Shown here piece by piece: positions 38,909-49,798 of a stretch of DNA of 62,692 nucleotides. The notes under the pieces were generated by a model. The model worked only from the letters and a program-made list of their open reading frames with translations, searched no databases and had not been told where the DNA came from. The position numbers and the translations under genes were made by a program. The DNA lies in contig CAMDKJ010000001.1 in assembly GCA_945900705.1 (NCBI GenBank), positions 1 to 62,692 on the forward strand, given 5' to 3'. The DNA is from Bifidobacterium breve. Lineage in GTDB: Bacteria > Actinomycetota > Actinomycetes > S36-B12. Each line of letters starts with the position of its first letter. The first letter of the stretch is position 1.

Positions 38909-40318
38909 TTAACCAATCTGTTGGCCGTCGGCGGTGTCAACAACCACCACACCGAGTTCAGCTAGCGCGTCGCGCAACCGGTCACTGCCTGCCCAATCCT
39001 TGTTGGCACGCGCAGCTGCTCGTTCGGCAAGTAGCCCCTCGACTTCGAGTGAGGTAGGGGCCGGGGGTCGGCCGACATCGCGGGTGAGATCCAGGCCGAA
39101 AAGTCGATCAACGTGGGCGAAAGTCTCAAATTTAGCGCCGTCACTTAAATTGGCATCGCGCTCGACCGCGCGCAATTGCTGCAGAGCAAGGGGGGTGTCT
39201 AGGTCTTCGTTAAAAGCCTCGACAATCAACCGCACCGCGTCAGTCGCTAAAGGTGCTGAGGGCGCATTCGCCCACTGCGCAACGCGGGCTCGCCACCTGG
39301 TCAGGGTGGTTTGCGCACCTTCGATAACTTCCCAGGTGAGGTTCATTTGCTGGCGGTATCGATGCTGCAGGAAGGCGAGTCGCAAACTAAGTGGATCCAG
39401 CCCACGCGCGGCTAAATCGCTAACGAGCACGACATTGCCGCTGGATTTACTCATCTTGCGGCCCTCGAAGAGCAGGTGCTCGGCGTGTACCCAGTGGCGA
39501 ACCACCTCGTGTCCGGCTATCGAATTGCTTTGGGCCCGCTCATCTTCATGATGGGGGAATCGCAGATCGATACCGCCGGTATGGATATCAATCTCGTTAC
39601 CGAGGATGGCAAGGCTCATGGCACTGCATTCGGTATGCCAACCGGGGAAGCCAAGGCCCCACGGTGTCTGCCACACCAGCTGAGTTCGAGTTGGCCCAGA
39701 CTGTTTCCAAAGCGCCCAGTCGGCGTGAAAGCGTTTGGCTGGACCAACTTCGCTGGTGAAGCGATGCCCGGGTCGGAGTTGATCAAGTTTATTTCCACTT
39801 AATTCGCCGTAGGTGGAGAAAGTACGAGCATCGAAGAACACCGATCCGTCAGTGCCGATGTAGGCGTTGTTACTTTCGAGCAGTTTGCTTATTAGTTCGA
39901 TCATCAAGTCAATTGATTCACTGGCACGCGGGTATTCGTTTGCAGGGTAAATATTGAGTGCGGCCAAGTCACTGTGGAATCTATCTTCATAGTGGCGCGC
40001 AACCGCCAGGGCACCTTTACCTTCGGCAGCTGCCTGCTGCAACACTCGATCTTCGGTGTCACCTTGGCCTTCATCAACCCCGCCCAACCCGGTGTCGTCG
40101 GCCATATGGCCCACATCGGTGATGTTCTGGACCAGTCGAACTTGGATCTTGCTGAACTCAGCGGTTCGACGAATTATGTCGGTAAGCAAGAAGGTGCGCA
40201 TATTGCCTACGTGGGCATCGCGGTAGACGGTGGGCCCGCAGGCGTAAACCCGTAGCAGCCCGGGCTGGGCCGAGATGATCGGGACCACCGAGCGTTGCAT
40301 AGTGTCGTATAGGCGCAC
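38909..40318 (-). CDS. cysS: Cysteine--tRNA ligase (CysS-type; atypical HVGN motif)
   Basis: [14 protein letters not shown] start, [26 protein letters not shown] and KMSKSSGN. The C-terminus [25 protein letters not shown] is as in CysRS. The GTG at 40318 has a GGAGGG upstream. Confidence 0.75.
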   Translation of the reverse strand: MRLYDTMQRSVVPIISAQPGLLRVYACGPTVYRDAHVGNMRTFLLTDIIRRTAEFSKIQVRLVQNITDVGHMADDTGLGGVDEGQGDTEDRVLQQAAAEGKGALAVARHYEDRFHSDLAALNIYPANEYPRASESIDLMIELISKLLESNNAYIGTDGSVFFDARTFSTYGELSGNKLDQLRPGHRFTSEVGPAKRFHADWALWKQSGPTRTQLVWQTPWGLGFPGWHTECSAMSLAILGNEIDIHTGGIDLRFPHHEDERAQSNSIAGHEVVRHWVHAEHLLFEGRKMSKSSGNVVLVSDLAARGLDPLSLRLAFLQHRYRQQMNLTWEVIEGAQTTLTRWRARVAQWANAPSAPLATDAVRLIVEAFNEDLDTPLALQQLRAVERDANLSDGAKFETFAHVDRLFGLDLTRDVGRPPAPTSLEVEGLLAERAAARANKDWAGSDRLRDALAELGVVVVDTADGQQIG

Positions 40319-40444
40319 AAACCCTCCGCTGCTTAGCCTATGGCGGCCCGAGGGGATGCGCGCGAGGTTCACCGTGGTGGTTGTGTAAGTTAGGCCCGTC
40401 CAGCAAGAATCGCAGGTTGTTTTAATCAGCTCTCGGAGGCTCGG

Positions 40445-40771
40445 GTGACCTACACCATCGCATTTCCATGCGTGGATCTCAAAGACAATGCGTGTATTGA
40501 GGAATGCCCGGTTGACTGCATCTACGAAGGTGGCCGGATGCTCTACATCCAGCCCGACGAGTGCGTTGACTGCGGCGCCTGCGAACCGGTCTGCCCGGTC
40601 GAAGCTATCTTCTATGAGGACGATGTCCCCGAGGAGTGGAAGGAGTACACCGCGGCGAATGCGGAGTTCTTCGTCGACTTGGGTTCACCAGGTGGCGCGG
40701 CCAAACTCGGTCCGCAGGATTTTGATGCACCGCTGATCGTTAGCGTGCCGCCACAGGTGCACGACCACTGA
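40445..40771 (+). CDS. fdxA: 7Fe ferredoxin (3Fe-4S + 4Fe-4S)
   Basis: MTYTIAFPCVDLKDNACIEECPVDCIY...CVDCGACEPVCPVEAI. Confidence 0.9.
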   Translation: MTYTIAFPCVDLKDNACIEECPVDCIYEGGRMLYIQPDECVDCGACEPVCPVEAIFYEDDVPEEWKEYTAANAEFFVDLGSPGGAAKLGPQDFDAPLIVSVPPQVHDH

Positions 40772-40791
40772 GCGGTTCACCGGCCGACCGG

Positions 40792-41862
40792 TTGCCGGAG
40801 TTTCCGTGGGATGTGCTTGCACCTTTTGCGGCTCGAGCCGCGCAGCATCCAAAAGGGGCCGTTGATTTATCCGTCGGCACACCCGTTGACCCAACTCCCG
40901 CGGTGATCCAAGCGGCCCTTGCAGCCGCGGCCAATGCACCCGGGTACCCAACGACCGCTGGCTCGCCGGCGGTTCGAGAAGCGGCCGCCGGGTGGATTAA
41001 TCGTCGCTTGGGCGCGACGGTGTCTGCAAGCTCGGTGCTACCTGCTATCGGCTCTAAAGAACTGGTGGCATGGATTCCGACTTTACTCGGCTTGGGCGTG
41101 GCAGATCGCGTGGTAATCCCAAAGATCGCCTACCCCACCTACGCCGTCGGCGCGGCCCTCGTGGGCGCTGAAATCATCGCTACCGATCGCCCTGAAGAAG
41201 TTGCGGCGCCCGCCTTGATCTGGATAAACACCCCGAGTAACCCAACCGGTGCGGTGCTTTCAGCTATCAGAATGGCCGAAATTGTTGCCTATGCGCGTTC
41301 AGTGTCGGCCTTGGTAGTCAGCGATGAGTGCTACCTGGAATTGGGCTGGGATGTCGACCCGGTCTCGGTCTTGCATCCGGATGTTTCGGGTGCAGATCAC
41401 ACCGGGGTGCTGGGGTTGTTCTCCCTTTCTAAGCGCTCGAACCTCGCCGGGTACCGATTTGGCTTCGCGGCCGGCGACCCAGAGGTGGTAGCGCAAGTAC
41501 TTGCGGTGCGCAAGCACTTAGGGATGATGGTGCCGACGCCAATCCAGGCGGCCGCGGCGGCAGCACTGGATGATGATGACCACGTTGCCGAGCAGCGCGG
41601 CCGCTACGGCGAGCGGCGCCGGCTAATTTGGGCGGCGTTGGTACAAGCTGGGTTCACCATCGACCACAGCGAGGCCGGGCTCTACCTATGGGTAACGCGT
41701 GGTGAGCCTTGCTGGAAAAGTGTTAGCTGGTTCGCCGATCGCGGCATCATCGTTACCCCCGGTGACTTCTATGGCGCCGCTGGCGCCGACCATGTGCGGG
41801 TTGCGTTGACGGCGACCGATGTCGATATTGCGCAATTTGTGCAGCGTCTTGGCGCCTCGTGA
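40792..41862 (+). CDS. dapC: Succinyldiaminopimelate transaminase (DapC-type class I aminotransferase)
   Basis: LPEFPWDVL start, NTPSNPTG, and SLSKRSNLAGYRFG (PLP lysine). Its position right after fdxA matches other actinobacteria. Confidence 0.8.
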   Translation: MPEFPWDVLAPFAARAAQHPKGAVDLSVGTPVDPTPAVIQAALAAAANAPGYPTTAGSPAVREAAAGWINRRLGATVSASSVLPAIGSKELVAWIPTLLGLGVADRVVIPKIAYPTYAVGAALVGAEIIATDRPEEVAAPALIWINTPSNPTGAVLSAIRMAEIVAYARSVSALVVSDECYLELGWDVDPVSVLHPDVSGADHTGVLGLFSLSKRSNLAGYRFGFAAGDPEVVAQVLAVRKHLGMMVPTPIQAAAAAALDDDDHVAEQRGRYGERRRLIWAALVQAGFTIDHSEAGLYLWVTRGEPCWKSVSWFADRGIIVTPGDFYGAAGADHVRVALTATDVDIAQFVQRLGAS

Positions 41863-41940
41863 CTCATGTCACCAGCAAGGTTTGGAGGCGGGGTCTTGGT
41901 GTGGCTCCACCATCGGTATTCTCAGGTCTAGGAGGATTAA

Positions 41941-43224
41941 GTGGCTGACGCCGTGTTGAAGTATTCAGGTGGAGAACTACCGCTCACCGAGGTTCCGGCG
42001 TCTGTTGGTGCCAGTGGTTTTAATATCGCTACGCTGTTGGCCACCACTGGCAATGTCACCCTTGACCACGGTTTCGTCAACACCGCAGCGTGTTCATCCG
42101 CGATCACCTACATCGATGGTGACGCCGGCATTTTGCGCTACCGCGGATACCCGATCGAACAACTTGCTGAGCAGTCCAGTTTCTTGGAGACCTCGTACCT
42201 TCTCATCTACGGGTACCTGCCATCGCAGCCTGAACTTGACGATTTCAAGACCAAAATCCGCAAGCACACAATGCTGCATGAGGAGTTGCGCCAATTCTTT
42301 GACGGCTTTCCGCGTGATGCCCATCCGATGCCGGTGCTTTCCTCGGCAGTGTCTGCGCTCTCGACTTTCTACCAAGACTCACTTGATCCCTTTGATCCGC
42401 ATCAGGTCGAAATCTCAACCATTCGATTGCTGGCAAAGGTGCCAACCATCGCGGCCTACGCATACAAGAAGTCCATCGGCCAGCCTTTCTTGTACCCGGA
42501 TAACTCACTTGGATTTGTTGACAATTTCTTACGTATGACATTTGGGGTTCCGGCCGAGGATTACGAAGTCAATCCGATTGTGTCCAGCGCGCTCAACCAA
42601 TTGTTCTTATTGCACGCTGACCATGAGCAGAACTGCTCAACCTCGACGGTCCGATTGGTCGGTTCGTCGCACGCCAATATGTTCGCTTCGGTATCAGCCG
42701 GCATCAACGCACTTTTTGGCCCACTTCACGGTGGCGCAAACCAGGCCGTACTTGAAATGCTGGAGAAAATCCACGCATCCGGTGGGGGCGTCAACACTTT
42801 CATCCGCCAGGTCAAGGATCGTCAAGATGGGGTCAAGCTCATGGGCTTTGGCCACCGGGTCTACAAGAGTTACGACCCGCGCGCGGCCATCGTGAAGAAG
42901 ACGGCGTATGAAGTATTCGAGGCAATGAACGTCAGTGATCCGTTACTCGACATTGCGCTGCGACTTGAAGAAGTTGCCTTAGCCGACGATTTCTTCATCT
43001 CACACAAGCTCTACCCCAATGTGGATTTCTACACGGGCCTGATCTACAAGGCAATGGGCTTCCCGCCTCGGATGTTCACCGTGTTGTTCGCGCTCGGCCG
43101 GTTGCCCGGGTGGATTGCCCAGTGGCGCGAGATGATCGAGGATCCCGCGACGAAGATCGGGCGTCCGCGCCAAGTTTACACCGGTGAAGACCTGCGTGAC
43201 TATGCGCCGATGGGCACCCGCTAG
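41941..43224 (+). CDS. gltA: Type II citrate synthase
   Basis: LRYRGYPIEQL, LLHADHEQNCSTST and GFGHRVYK motifs. Length is 427 aa. Confidence 0.95.
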   Translation: MADAVLKYSGGELPLTEVPASVGASGFNIATLLATTGNVTLDHGFVNTAACSSAITYIDGDAGILRYRGYPIEQLAEQSSFLETSYLLIYGYLPSQPELDDFKTKIRKHTMLHEELRQFFDGFPRDAHPMPVLSSAVSALSTFYQDSLDPFDPHQVEISTIRLLAKVPTIAAYAYKKSIGQPFLYPDNSLGFVDNFLRMTFGVPAEDYEVNPIVSSALNQLFLLHADHEQNCSTSTVRLVGSSHANMFASVSAGINALFGPLHGGANQAVLEMLEKIHASGGGVNTFIRQVKDRQDGVKLMGFGHRVYKSYDPRAAIVKKTAYEVFEAMNVSDPLLDIALRLEEVALADDFFISHKLYPNVDFYTGLIYKAMGFPPRMFTVLFALGRLPGWIAQWREMIEDPATKIGRPRQVYTGEDLRDYAPMGTR

Positions 43225-43424
43225 CCCAATTCGAGACGCAGTGCGCCAGGGAAAAGCCGCGGCTCCGCCGGCCTAGACCAAAACCCTCAGCAAGTGGCGG
43301 TTGACCTTGATCGGATGGTTAAAGCCCGTCTTGGCAGGTTTCGCCACCATAAAGCTGAAGTTCTCAGGGGTTTTACGGCTGCCTACCCCGGACGGTTTTA
43401 CCAACGGCGCGCTGGACCGATACC

Positions 43425-44060
43425 GTGGGGCAGGTGAGTGGAGTTGCACACCCGATGGGGCCGGAGCCCCCGTGGGTTTATTGGCTCCGCCGGGCAATCA
43501 TCCTTCTTGCCGTTCTAACCTTGCTGGTCGGCGTCTTCTGGCTCGTTACCGGCCGCGGGTCATCAAGAACCGGTTCAACTCCGGTGGCGGTGTCACCGTC
43601 GGCTGCGGCAACGGCAAGCTCCGCCGCTTCACCCACGTCAACGGCTTCGCCTGAACCGGCAACACCGACTGACTGCCTAGATAGCGCAATTGTGGTCGAA
43701 GCGAGTACCGATTCCAGCAAATATGTTGTTGGTGAAGCCCCGCAACTTACTTTGACCATTGGCAATATCGGCGAGGTTTCATGTCTGCGTGATGTTGGGC
43801 CCAAGGCTAATGAGTTGGAGATCACTTCGGGCGGGTATCATGTGTGGTCGAGCGATGACTGCAATGCGAGCAATAAGAGCAAGATTGCGGTCCTAAAGCC
43901 GGGCGAGAAAGTTGCCTCGAGTATCACCTGGGACGGCCAAACCACCCAAAAGGGCTGCCCGAGTGACGGTAAAGCAGCAAAGCAGGGGCGTTATGATCTC
44001 GTCGCGCGCAACAGTGACGTCAAGAGCGAAAAAGCCAAGTTCACACTAAGCAAGAAGTAA
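43425..44060 (+). CDS. Membrane-anchored extracytoplasmic protein with four Cys (DUF4232-like beta-sandwich?)
   Basis: One TM helix (AIILLAVLTLLVGVFWLV), a Ser/Ala/Pro/Thr linker, then a roughly 130-aa domain with C...LTIGNIGEVSCLRDVG...C...C. The start could be 43425 (GTG) or 43455 (ATG). Confidence 0.6.
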   Translation: MGQVSGVAHPMGPEPPWVYWLRRAIILLAVLTLLVGVFWLVTGRGSSRTGSTPVAVSPSAAATASSAASPTSTASPEPATPTDCLDSAIVVEASTDSSKYVVGEAPQLTLTIGNIGEVSCLRDVGPKANELEITSGGYHVWSSDDCNASNKSKIAVLKPGEKVASSITWDGQTTQKGCPSDGKAAKQGRYDLVARNSDVKSEKAKFTLSKK

Positions 44061-44082
44061 TGGATCGGTACCGGAGGCAAGG

Positions 44083-44304
44083 ATGAACAGCGGTTTATCT
44101 AAGTTGTCTTATCGATCAACGGACAGCGTGCTCTCGGCGTACTCAAAAAATTCGGTTCTTAGTATTGGCTCAATCGGATCAGTCTTGTCAATAGGCTCAA
44201 TCGGATCCGCGGTTTCGCTGCTTTCGGTAGGGTCATTTGCAAGCGTTGTTTCAATACTTTCCGGGGCCTCGAAATTTGCAATTATGAAGTGGCGCTCGAA
44301 CTAA
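44083..44304 (+). CDS. 73-aa (Ser-x-x)21 repeat microprotein, hypothetical
   Basis: A GGAGG lies 5 nt upstream of the ATG. Serine occupies residues 3, 6, ... 63 without interruption and no other position in that stretch. All six Ser codons are used. The ORF starts 22 nt after the preceding gene. Confidence 0.55.
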   Translation: MNSGLSKLSYRSTDSVLSAYSKNSVLSIGSIGSVLSIGSIGSAVSLLSVGSFASVVSILSGASKFAIMKWRSN

Positions 44305-45683
44305 CGCTTTGATTCGCTCGCAAGTTTGCGCGCCACCGCGAGCGCCTCACTCAGCGAGGCAACTTCATGCCCGCGAATAACAGGTGCATTCAAATCACTT
44401 TTTGCATCTCGGGGGATAATCGCATCGGTAAAACCAAGGCGCGCGGCTTCGGCTAGTCGGCGGGTCAGGGCCGTAACTTTACGAACATCGCCGGAGAGTC
44501 CGACCTCACCGATTGCAATTAGGCCGCTTGGAAGGGCAATATCGTTAACGCTACTGGCGATGGCAAGCGCGATAGCCAGGTCGGTCGCAGGTTCAAGCAG
44601 GCGTACTCCGCCCACCGTTGCCACGAAGCAATCGGAAGTAGCAAGTTTCAATCCAGAACGCCGCTCAAGTACTCCCAACATCATGGCAATACGCGCCGAG
44701 TCAAGGCCACTGGTTACTCGACGGGGCTGCGGCGCACTGGATGGCGCAATAAGTGCTTGCACTTCGGTGACAAGTGGGCGGCGACCTTCAACCGTGACGG
44801 TTACACAGGTGCCGGGCGCGGGTTCATGGCGATCACCGAGGAACAAGCCGCTTGGATCGGCGAGCCCGATAATGCCATCGTCAACAAGTTCAAAGCACCC
44901 AATTTCATCGGCGGGCCCGAAACGATTTTTTACGGCGCGCACTAAACGCAAGGTGCTGTGCCTGTCGCCCTCGAAGTAGAGCACAACATCAACAAGATGT
45001 TCAAGGGCACGCGGCCCGGCAACACTGCCGTCCTTTGTTACATGTCCGACGATTATTGCGGTCATGCCGCGGGATTTTGCGGTGGCGATAACTGAGGCGG
45101 CGACTTCACGCACTTGGGTAACTCCACCAGCAGCGCCGTCGATCTCGGCACTCGCGATGGTTTGCACGGAGTCAAGGATCAGCAAACTGGGTTCGAGCGA
45201 CTCAACGTGACCGAGCACGCTACCTAAGTCGGTCTCCGCGGCCAGATATAGATCGTCGGCAAGTGCCCCGATGCGTTCGGCGCGCATGCGCACCTGCGCG
45301 GTGGACTCCTCTCCGGTTACATAGAGGGTCAAGTTCCCGGCTTCGGCCCAACGCGAGGCGACGTCAAGTAGCAGTGTTGACTTTCCGACACCGGGTTCAC
45401 CGGCTAACAAGATCACCGCGCCGGGTACCAGCCCACCACCCAAGACCCGATCGAATTCACTAATGCCGGTAGCGGTGGCCTTTGCCGCGGTGAGATCTAC
45501 GGAGCCAATGGGTAGTGCGGGGGTGCCGGCTTTGGCGGCCGTGGTACCTCGAGTCCGAGTAGCACCTATTTCATCAACGGTGCCCCAGGCTTGGCACTCA
45601 CCGCAGCGTCCGGCCCATTTAACGCTGGTCCAACCGCAATCACTGCAGCGATAGGAGGGGGTCTTCGGTGCGGTGCGGGCCAC
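44301..45683 (-). CDS. radA: DNA repair protein RadA
   Basis: Zinc finger YRCSDCGWTSVKWAGRCGECQAWGT, Walker A GEPGVGKST, KNRFG, and a Lon-like C-terminus. Confidence 0.95.
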   Translation of the reverse strand: MARTAPKTPSYRCSDCGWTSVKWAGRCGECQAWGTVDEIGATRTRGTTAAKAGTPALPIGSVDLTAAKATATGISEFDRVLGGGLVPGAVILLAGEPGVGKSTLLLDVASRWAEAGNLTLYVTGEESTAQVRMRAERIGALADDLYLAAETDLGSVLGHVESLEPSLLILDSVQTIASAEIDGAAGGVTQVREVAASVIATAKSRGMTAIIVGHVTKDGSVAGPRALEHLVDVVLYFEGDRHSTLRLVRAVKNRFGPADEIGCFELVDDGIIGLADPSGLFLGDRHEPAPGTCVTVTVEGRRPLVTEVQALIAPSSAPQPRRVTSGLDSARIAMMLGVLERRSGLKLATSDCFVATVGGVRLLEPATDLAIALAIASSVNDIALPSGLIAIGEVGLSGDVRKVTALTRRLAEAARLGFTDAIIPRDAKSDLNAPVIRGHEVASLSEALAVARKLASESKR

Positions 45684-45700
45684 GGCGGTATCGGTAGTGG

Positions 45701-46471
45701 TTATCTAGACGTGACGGGCGGGTCGGCCGGGTGCGGGGTCAGGCCGGTGGTGTCGGTAATCGTTAACAGCAGTTTTTCGCGGGCTGCGCAAAGACGCGCC
45801 AACTCTGAGTAGGCCGGTAGGCCGATGAGCGCCACGATCTCATCACGCGATGATAGGTAGACAGCTTCGGTACCAACATGGGCCTCGGTATTGCTGCTGC
45901 AGTACCAATCCAGATCGTGGCCACCGGCCCCCCAGCCGCGGCGGTCATATTCACCAAGTACAACAACCACGCGCTCGACTTCGTCCTCGTATTTGCGGTT
46001 TTCGTAGGTCCGGCGAAGGGGCAACTGCCAACACACCTCGGGCTTGGTCTCGACGAAGGAGATGCCCTCACGAGCCGCCAGGTGGTGCAGCGCGCAGCCG
46101 TACCCGCCTTCAAAGTCCTTTTGGTTGTGGAAGATGCAGGCACCGTTATGAACCGCTGTTTTACGGGCCCCATCCTCCTTTTCGACCCAGCCTTTTTTCT
46201 TCCCGATATTGATGTTCTGCCACAGGTCGCCATCAAGTTTCTCGACCCAGCGAGCCACCCGCTTCTCATCCTTCTTCTCGGAGAAATGGGCTCCGAGCGT
46301 GCAGCACCCGGCATCTGGGGCATCCGCGTAGATACCTTTGCAGCCGCGGCCGAAAATACAGGTCCAGCGCGAGGTCAACCAGGTTAGGTCGGCGCGGATT
46401 AGCTGGTCGTCGTCAGCAGGATCAACAAACTCGACCCACTGGCGTGGAAAGTCTAGGGAAACTTCAGGCAT
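45701..46471 (-). CDS. Conserved actinobacterial Cys-rich protein (by position, equivalent to M. tuberculosis Rv0495c)
   Basis: The start MPEVSLDFPRQWVEFVDP is preferred. Cys-containing motifs include WTCIFGRGCKG, DAGCCTLGAHF, GACIFHN and GYGCALHH. It is divergent from ppx. Confidence 0.7.
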   Translation of the reverse strand: MPEVSLDFPRQWVEFVDPADDDQLIRADLTWLTSRWTCIFGRGCKGIYADAPDAGCCTLGAHFSEKKDEKRVARWVEKLDGDLWQNINIGKKKGWVEKEDGARKTAVHNGACIFHNQKDFEGGYGCALHHLAAREGISFVETKPEVCWQLPLRRTYENRKYEDEVERVVVVLGEYDRRGWGAGGHDLDWYCSSNTEAHVGTEAVYLSSRDEIVALIGLPAYSELARLCAAREKLLLTITDTTGLTPHPADPPVTSR

Positions 46472-46556
46472 GCGGCACACTCTAGGGGGGTGTGCATAAG
46501 GGGGCGCGCCCACGTCCATGTGCGCGATCGGTGGTGCCTGCCGGTACGGTCTCCCT

Positions 46557-47486
46557 ATGCGGCTGGGCGTGCTAGACATCGGGTCAAACACGGTGCACCT
46601 GTTACTTGTTGACGCGCACTACGGAGCAGCACCCATCCCGGCTTCGAAACTAAAAATGCCCCTTCGATTGGCTGAGCATCTGACCCCTGACGGGCGCATC
46701 GACGACTTGGCGGTTGATGAGCTCATTGGGTTCATTCGCGAGGGTCAGCAACTGTCCGAAGATAAAGGTGCCACCGAGGTAATGGTGTTTGCAACATCGG
46801 CCATCCGTGATGCCGGCAATGGCGAAGATGTGCTGCGCCGCGTACACGATGCCACCGGGATTTCAATTGACGTGCTAACCGGTGAAGCCGAGGCGCGAAT
46901 GACATTCCTCGCGGTACGTCGCTGGTTTGGTTGGTCGACCGGACGCTTACTCGTGGTCGATATCGGCGGTGGGTCACTTGAACTAGCTTCAGGGGTGGAC
47001 GAAGAACCAGACGTTGCCGTGTCTTTGCCACTCGGTGCCGGCCGGATGACTCGCGCGCACTTGGTCGGCGACCCTCCAACTTCGGATTCACTACGTGATC
47101 TACGTCGACATGTGCGTGCTGAAATTGCAGCGGTAACCGGGCGCATCTTGCGCGCCGGGGAGCCCAGCATTGCGGTGGCCACCTCAAAGACATTTAGGCA
47201 ATTGGCGCGCATCGCTGGCTCAGCACCTTCAACCGACGGCATGTATGCCCGGCGCTCCTTAAGTGTTACCGATCTTCAGTCATTGGTGAATAAATTGAGC
47301 GGCTTGACCGCGGCTGAACGCGCCAAACTGCCAGGAGTCTCGTCGGCGCGCGCGGGCCAGTTGGTCGCGGGTGCCGTGGTTGCTGAAGCCGTCATGGATT
47401 TACTCGACATTAAAGAGTTGGTGATTTGCCCGTGGGCCTTGCGGGAGGGCGTAATTCTTCATCGCATGGATCGCCTACCTACATGA
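46557..47486 (+). CDS. Ppx/GppA-family phosphatase (exopolyphosphatase-like)
   Basis: [19 protein letters not shown] and [11 protein letters not shown] are the ASKHA phosphate-binding motifs. Confidence 0.85.
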   Translation: MRLGVLDIGSNTVHLLLVDAHYGAAPIPASKLKMPLRLAEHLTPDGRIDDLAVDELIGFIREGQQLSEDKGATEVMVFATSAIRDAGNGEDVLRRVHDATGISIDVLTGEAEARMTFLAVRRWFGWSTGRLLVVDIGGGSLELASGVDEEPDVAVSLPLGAGRMTRAHLVGDPPTSDSLRDLRRHVRAEIAAVTGRILRAGEPSIAVATSKTFRQLARIAGSAPSTDGMYARRSLSVTDLQSLVNKLSGLTAAERAKLPGVSSARAGQLVAGAVVAEAVMDLLDIKELVICPWALREGVILHRMDRLPT

Positions 47487-49798
47487 CGATGGTCGCTTCG
47501 GGGTTGACGAGCGCTGAAGTAGCTGAGCGGGTGGCTGCGGGTCGGGTAAACCATTCACCTGATGCAAACAGTCGAAGTATCAGCGACATCATCAAGGCCA
47601 ACACATTTACCTGGTTCAACGGTCTGATCGGGATCATGTGGGTAGTAATGCTGGTGATTGCTCCTATTCAGGATTCGCTCTTTGGTTTCGTAATTGTCGC
47701 GAATACCGGGATCGGCATTATTCAGGAGTATCGGGCATCCCGTGCGCTAGCCAAGCTGGCGGTCATTGGCGAAGCAAAACCAGTCGTCCGACGTGACGGT
47801 ATTGATGTTGCTGTCAGCGCACACGACGTAGTACTCGATGACGTCATCGTTTTGAAGACCGGTGATCAACTCGTTGTTGATGGAGTCGTCCTCCATGCCG
47901 ATGGACTTGAAATTGACGAGAGCCTGCTGACCGGTGAGGCTGACCCGGTTGATATGCAAATCGACGCGCAGGCGATGTCTGGGTCTTTCGTAGTTGCCGG
48001 TTCAGGTCTCTACCGAGCCACGCGCGTTGGCCGTGACTCATTCGCTGCCGGATTAACCGAGCAGGCCAAGAAGTTTCACCAAACCAACTCTGAGCTGCGT
48101 GACTCGATAAACAGGTTCATCCGGCTCCTGTCGTACCTGCTCCTACCTGTTGGGCTGTTGCTGTTCTTCTCGCAGTGGCTGCGCGCTGACCTGCCAATTA
48201 AAGAGGTCTTGCGCGGCACTATCGCTGGCATGGTGACGATGGTGCCTGAAGGTCTGGTGCTCCTGACAAGCATCGCGATGGCTGTCGCGGTCATCCGGCT
48301 CGCCGCGAAGAAAGTGTTAGTCCAGGATCTTCCGGCGGTAGAGGTACTAGCGCGGGTTGACACCATTTGTGTCGATAAGACGGGCACACTTACCGAGCCT
48401 GGTATGCAGGTGCGTGAGGTGCTGTCGTTGAGAGAAAACGTGAATATCAGTGAGGCGCTGGGTGCTTTGGCGGCTGTCGAATCCAGCCCAAATCCGACCC
48501 TGCAGGCCGTTGGTGCGCGGTACCCGAACCCATTGTGGACTGTTCAAACAAGTGTGCCTTTCTCAAGTTCTCGAAAATGGTCAGCCGCGACGTTTGCAGA
48601 CCATGGGTCGTGGGTTGTTGGTGCTCCTGAAATGCTGCTTGCCGATGGTGACCAAGTTCGAAGCCGGGCTGACGGCATTGCGGGCGATGGCGCACGGGTA
48701 CTGCTACTTGGTACCAGCGACATAAACCCAGATGCTGAACGTGGCCCAGGCCGCATCACCCCGGTGGCACTCGTAGTTATTGATCAAACCTTGCGGCCGG
48801 ATGCCGCCGAAACTGTTGCCTATTTCCTCGAGCAAGATGTTCGCGTCAAAGTTATTTCGGGCGACAATGCGGCAACTGTTGGTGCAATTGCGGTGCAGGC
48901 CGGAGTCCCAGGCGCTGAAAACCCTCTTGATGCTCGCACGTTGCCGGAAGACACGGCCGATATCGCGAAGGTACTGGAGACCGCTTCAGTTTTCGGTCGC
49001 GTAACACCAACGCAGAAGCAATCGATGGTTGAGGCACTGCACCTGCAAGGCTGCACGGTGGCGATGACCGGTGATGGCGTGAACGATGTGCTGGCGCTCA
49101 AGAGCGCCGATCTCGGCATTGCGATGGGCTCAGGCTCTGGGGCCACTCGCGCTGTTGCCCAACTAGTGCTCCTGGACGATAAGTGGTCGGTAATGCCAAG
49201 TGTGGTGGCTGAAGGCCGGCGCGTATTAGGGAATATCGAACGCGTTGCTGATGTGTTCTTAACCAAGTCGTTCTACGCAATCTTCATTTCCATTGCCACC
49301 GGAGTCTTTGCGGTTGCCTTCCCATTCTTGCCCAGACATCTTTCGCTACTCGGCGCACTGACGATTGGTATCCCTGGTTTCTTCTTGGCCTTGATGCCAA
49401 ACACCGAGCGCTTCCGCCCCGGGTTCTTCAAGCGAGTATTGGTGTTCGCGGCACCGGCCGGAGCTATCGCAGCGCTGGCCGCATTCACCAGTTATGGCCT
49501 GGCATTAAATATTGGCGAGCCATTACCTAGTGCGCAGTCAGCGGCGACCGTAACACTGTTCATGGTCGCCACGGCGGTCTTGGTGCAAAGTGCTCGACCA
49601 CTGAATCTAATTCGAATTGGGATTGTTGCCCTCATGATTTTGCTATTTCTTGGTGTGCTGTTCGTGCCATTCTTCTCAAAACTATTTGCGCTTTCCCTTG
49701 GCCCAGAGCGCTACAGCCTCGTCGCAATTGTGGTTGGACTAGTTGGTGCCGGATGTATTTGGGTGATGACAATCATCACCGATAGGTGGCGTCGGTAG
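47483..49798 (+). CDS. Cation-translocating P-type ATPase
   Basis: TGEADPV, the phosphorylation site [10 protein letters not shown], the hinge [22 protein letters not shown], and about 10 TM helices. An ATGA overlap links it to ppx. Confidence 0.9.
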   Translation: MTMVASGLTSAEVAERVAAGRVNHSPDANSRSISDIIKANTFTWFNGLIGIMWVVMLVIAPIQDSLFGFVIVANTGIGIIQEYRASRALAKLAVIGEAKPVVRRDGIDVAVSAHDVVLDDVIVLKTGDQLVVDGVVLHADGLEIDESLLTGEADPVDMQIDAQAMSGSFVVAGSGLYRATRVGRDSFAAGLTEQAKKFHQTNSELRDSINRFIRLLSYLLLPVGLLLFFSQWLRADLPIKEVLRGTIAGMVTMVPEGLVLLTSIAMAVAVIRLAAKKVLVQDLPAVEVLARVDTICVDKTGTLTEPGMQVREVLSLRENVNISEALGALAAVESSPNPTLQAVGARYPNPLWTVQTSVPFSSSRKWSAATFADHGSWVVGAPEMLLADGDQVRSRADGIAGDGARVLLLGTSDINPDAERGPGRITPVALVVIDQTLRPDAAETVAYFLEQDVRVKVISGDNAATVGAIAVQAGVPGAENPLDARTLPEDTADIAKVLETASVFGRVTPTQKQSMVEALHLQGCTVAMTGDGVNDVLALKSADLGIAMGSGSGATRAVAQLVLLDDKWSVMPSVVAEGRRVLGNIERVADVFLTKSFYAIFISIATGVFAVAFPFLPRHLSLLGALTIGIPGFFLALMPNTERFRPGFFKRVLVFAAPAGAIAALAAFTSYGLALNIGEPLPSAQSAATVTLFMVATAVLVQSARPLNLIRIGIVALMILLFLGVLFVPFFSKLFALSLGPERYSLVAIVVGLVGAGCIWVMTIITDRWRR

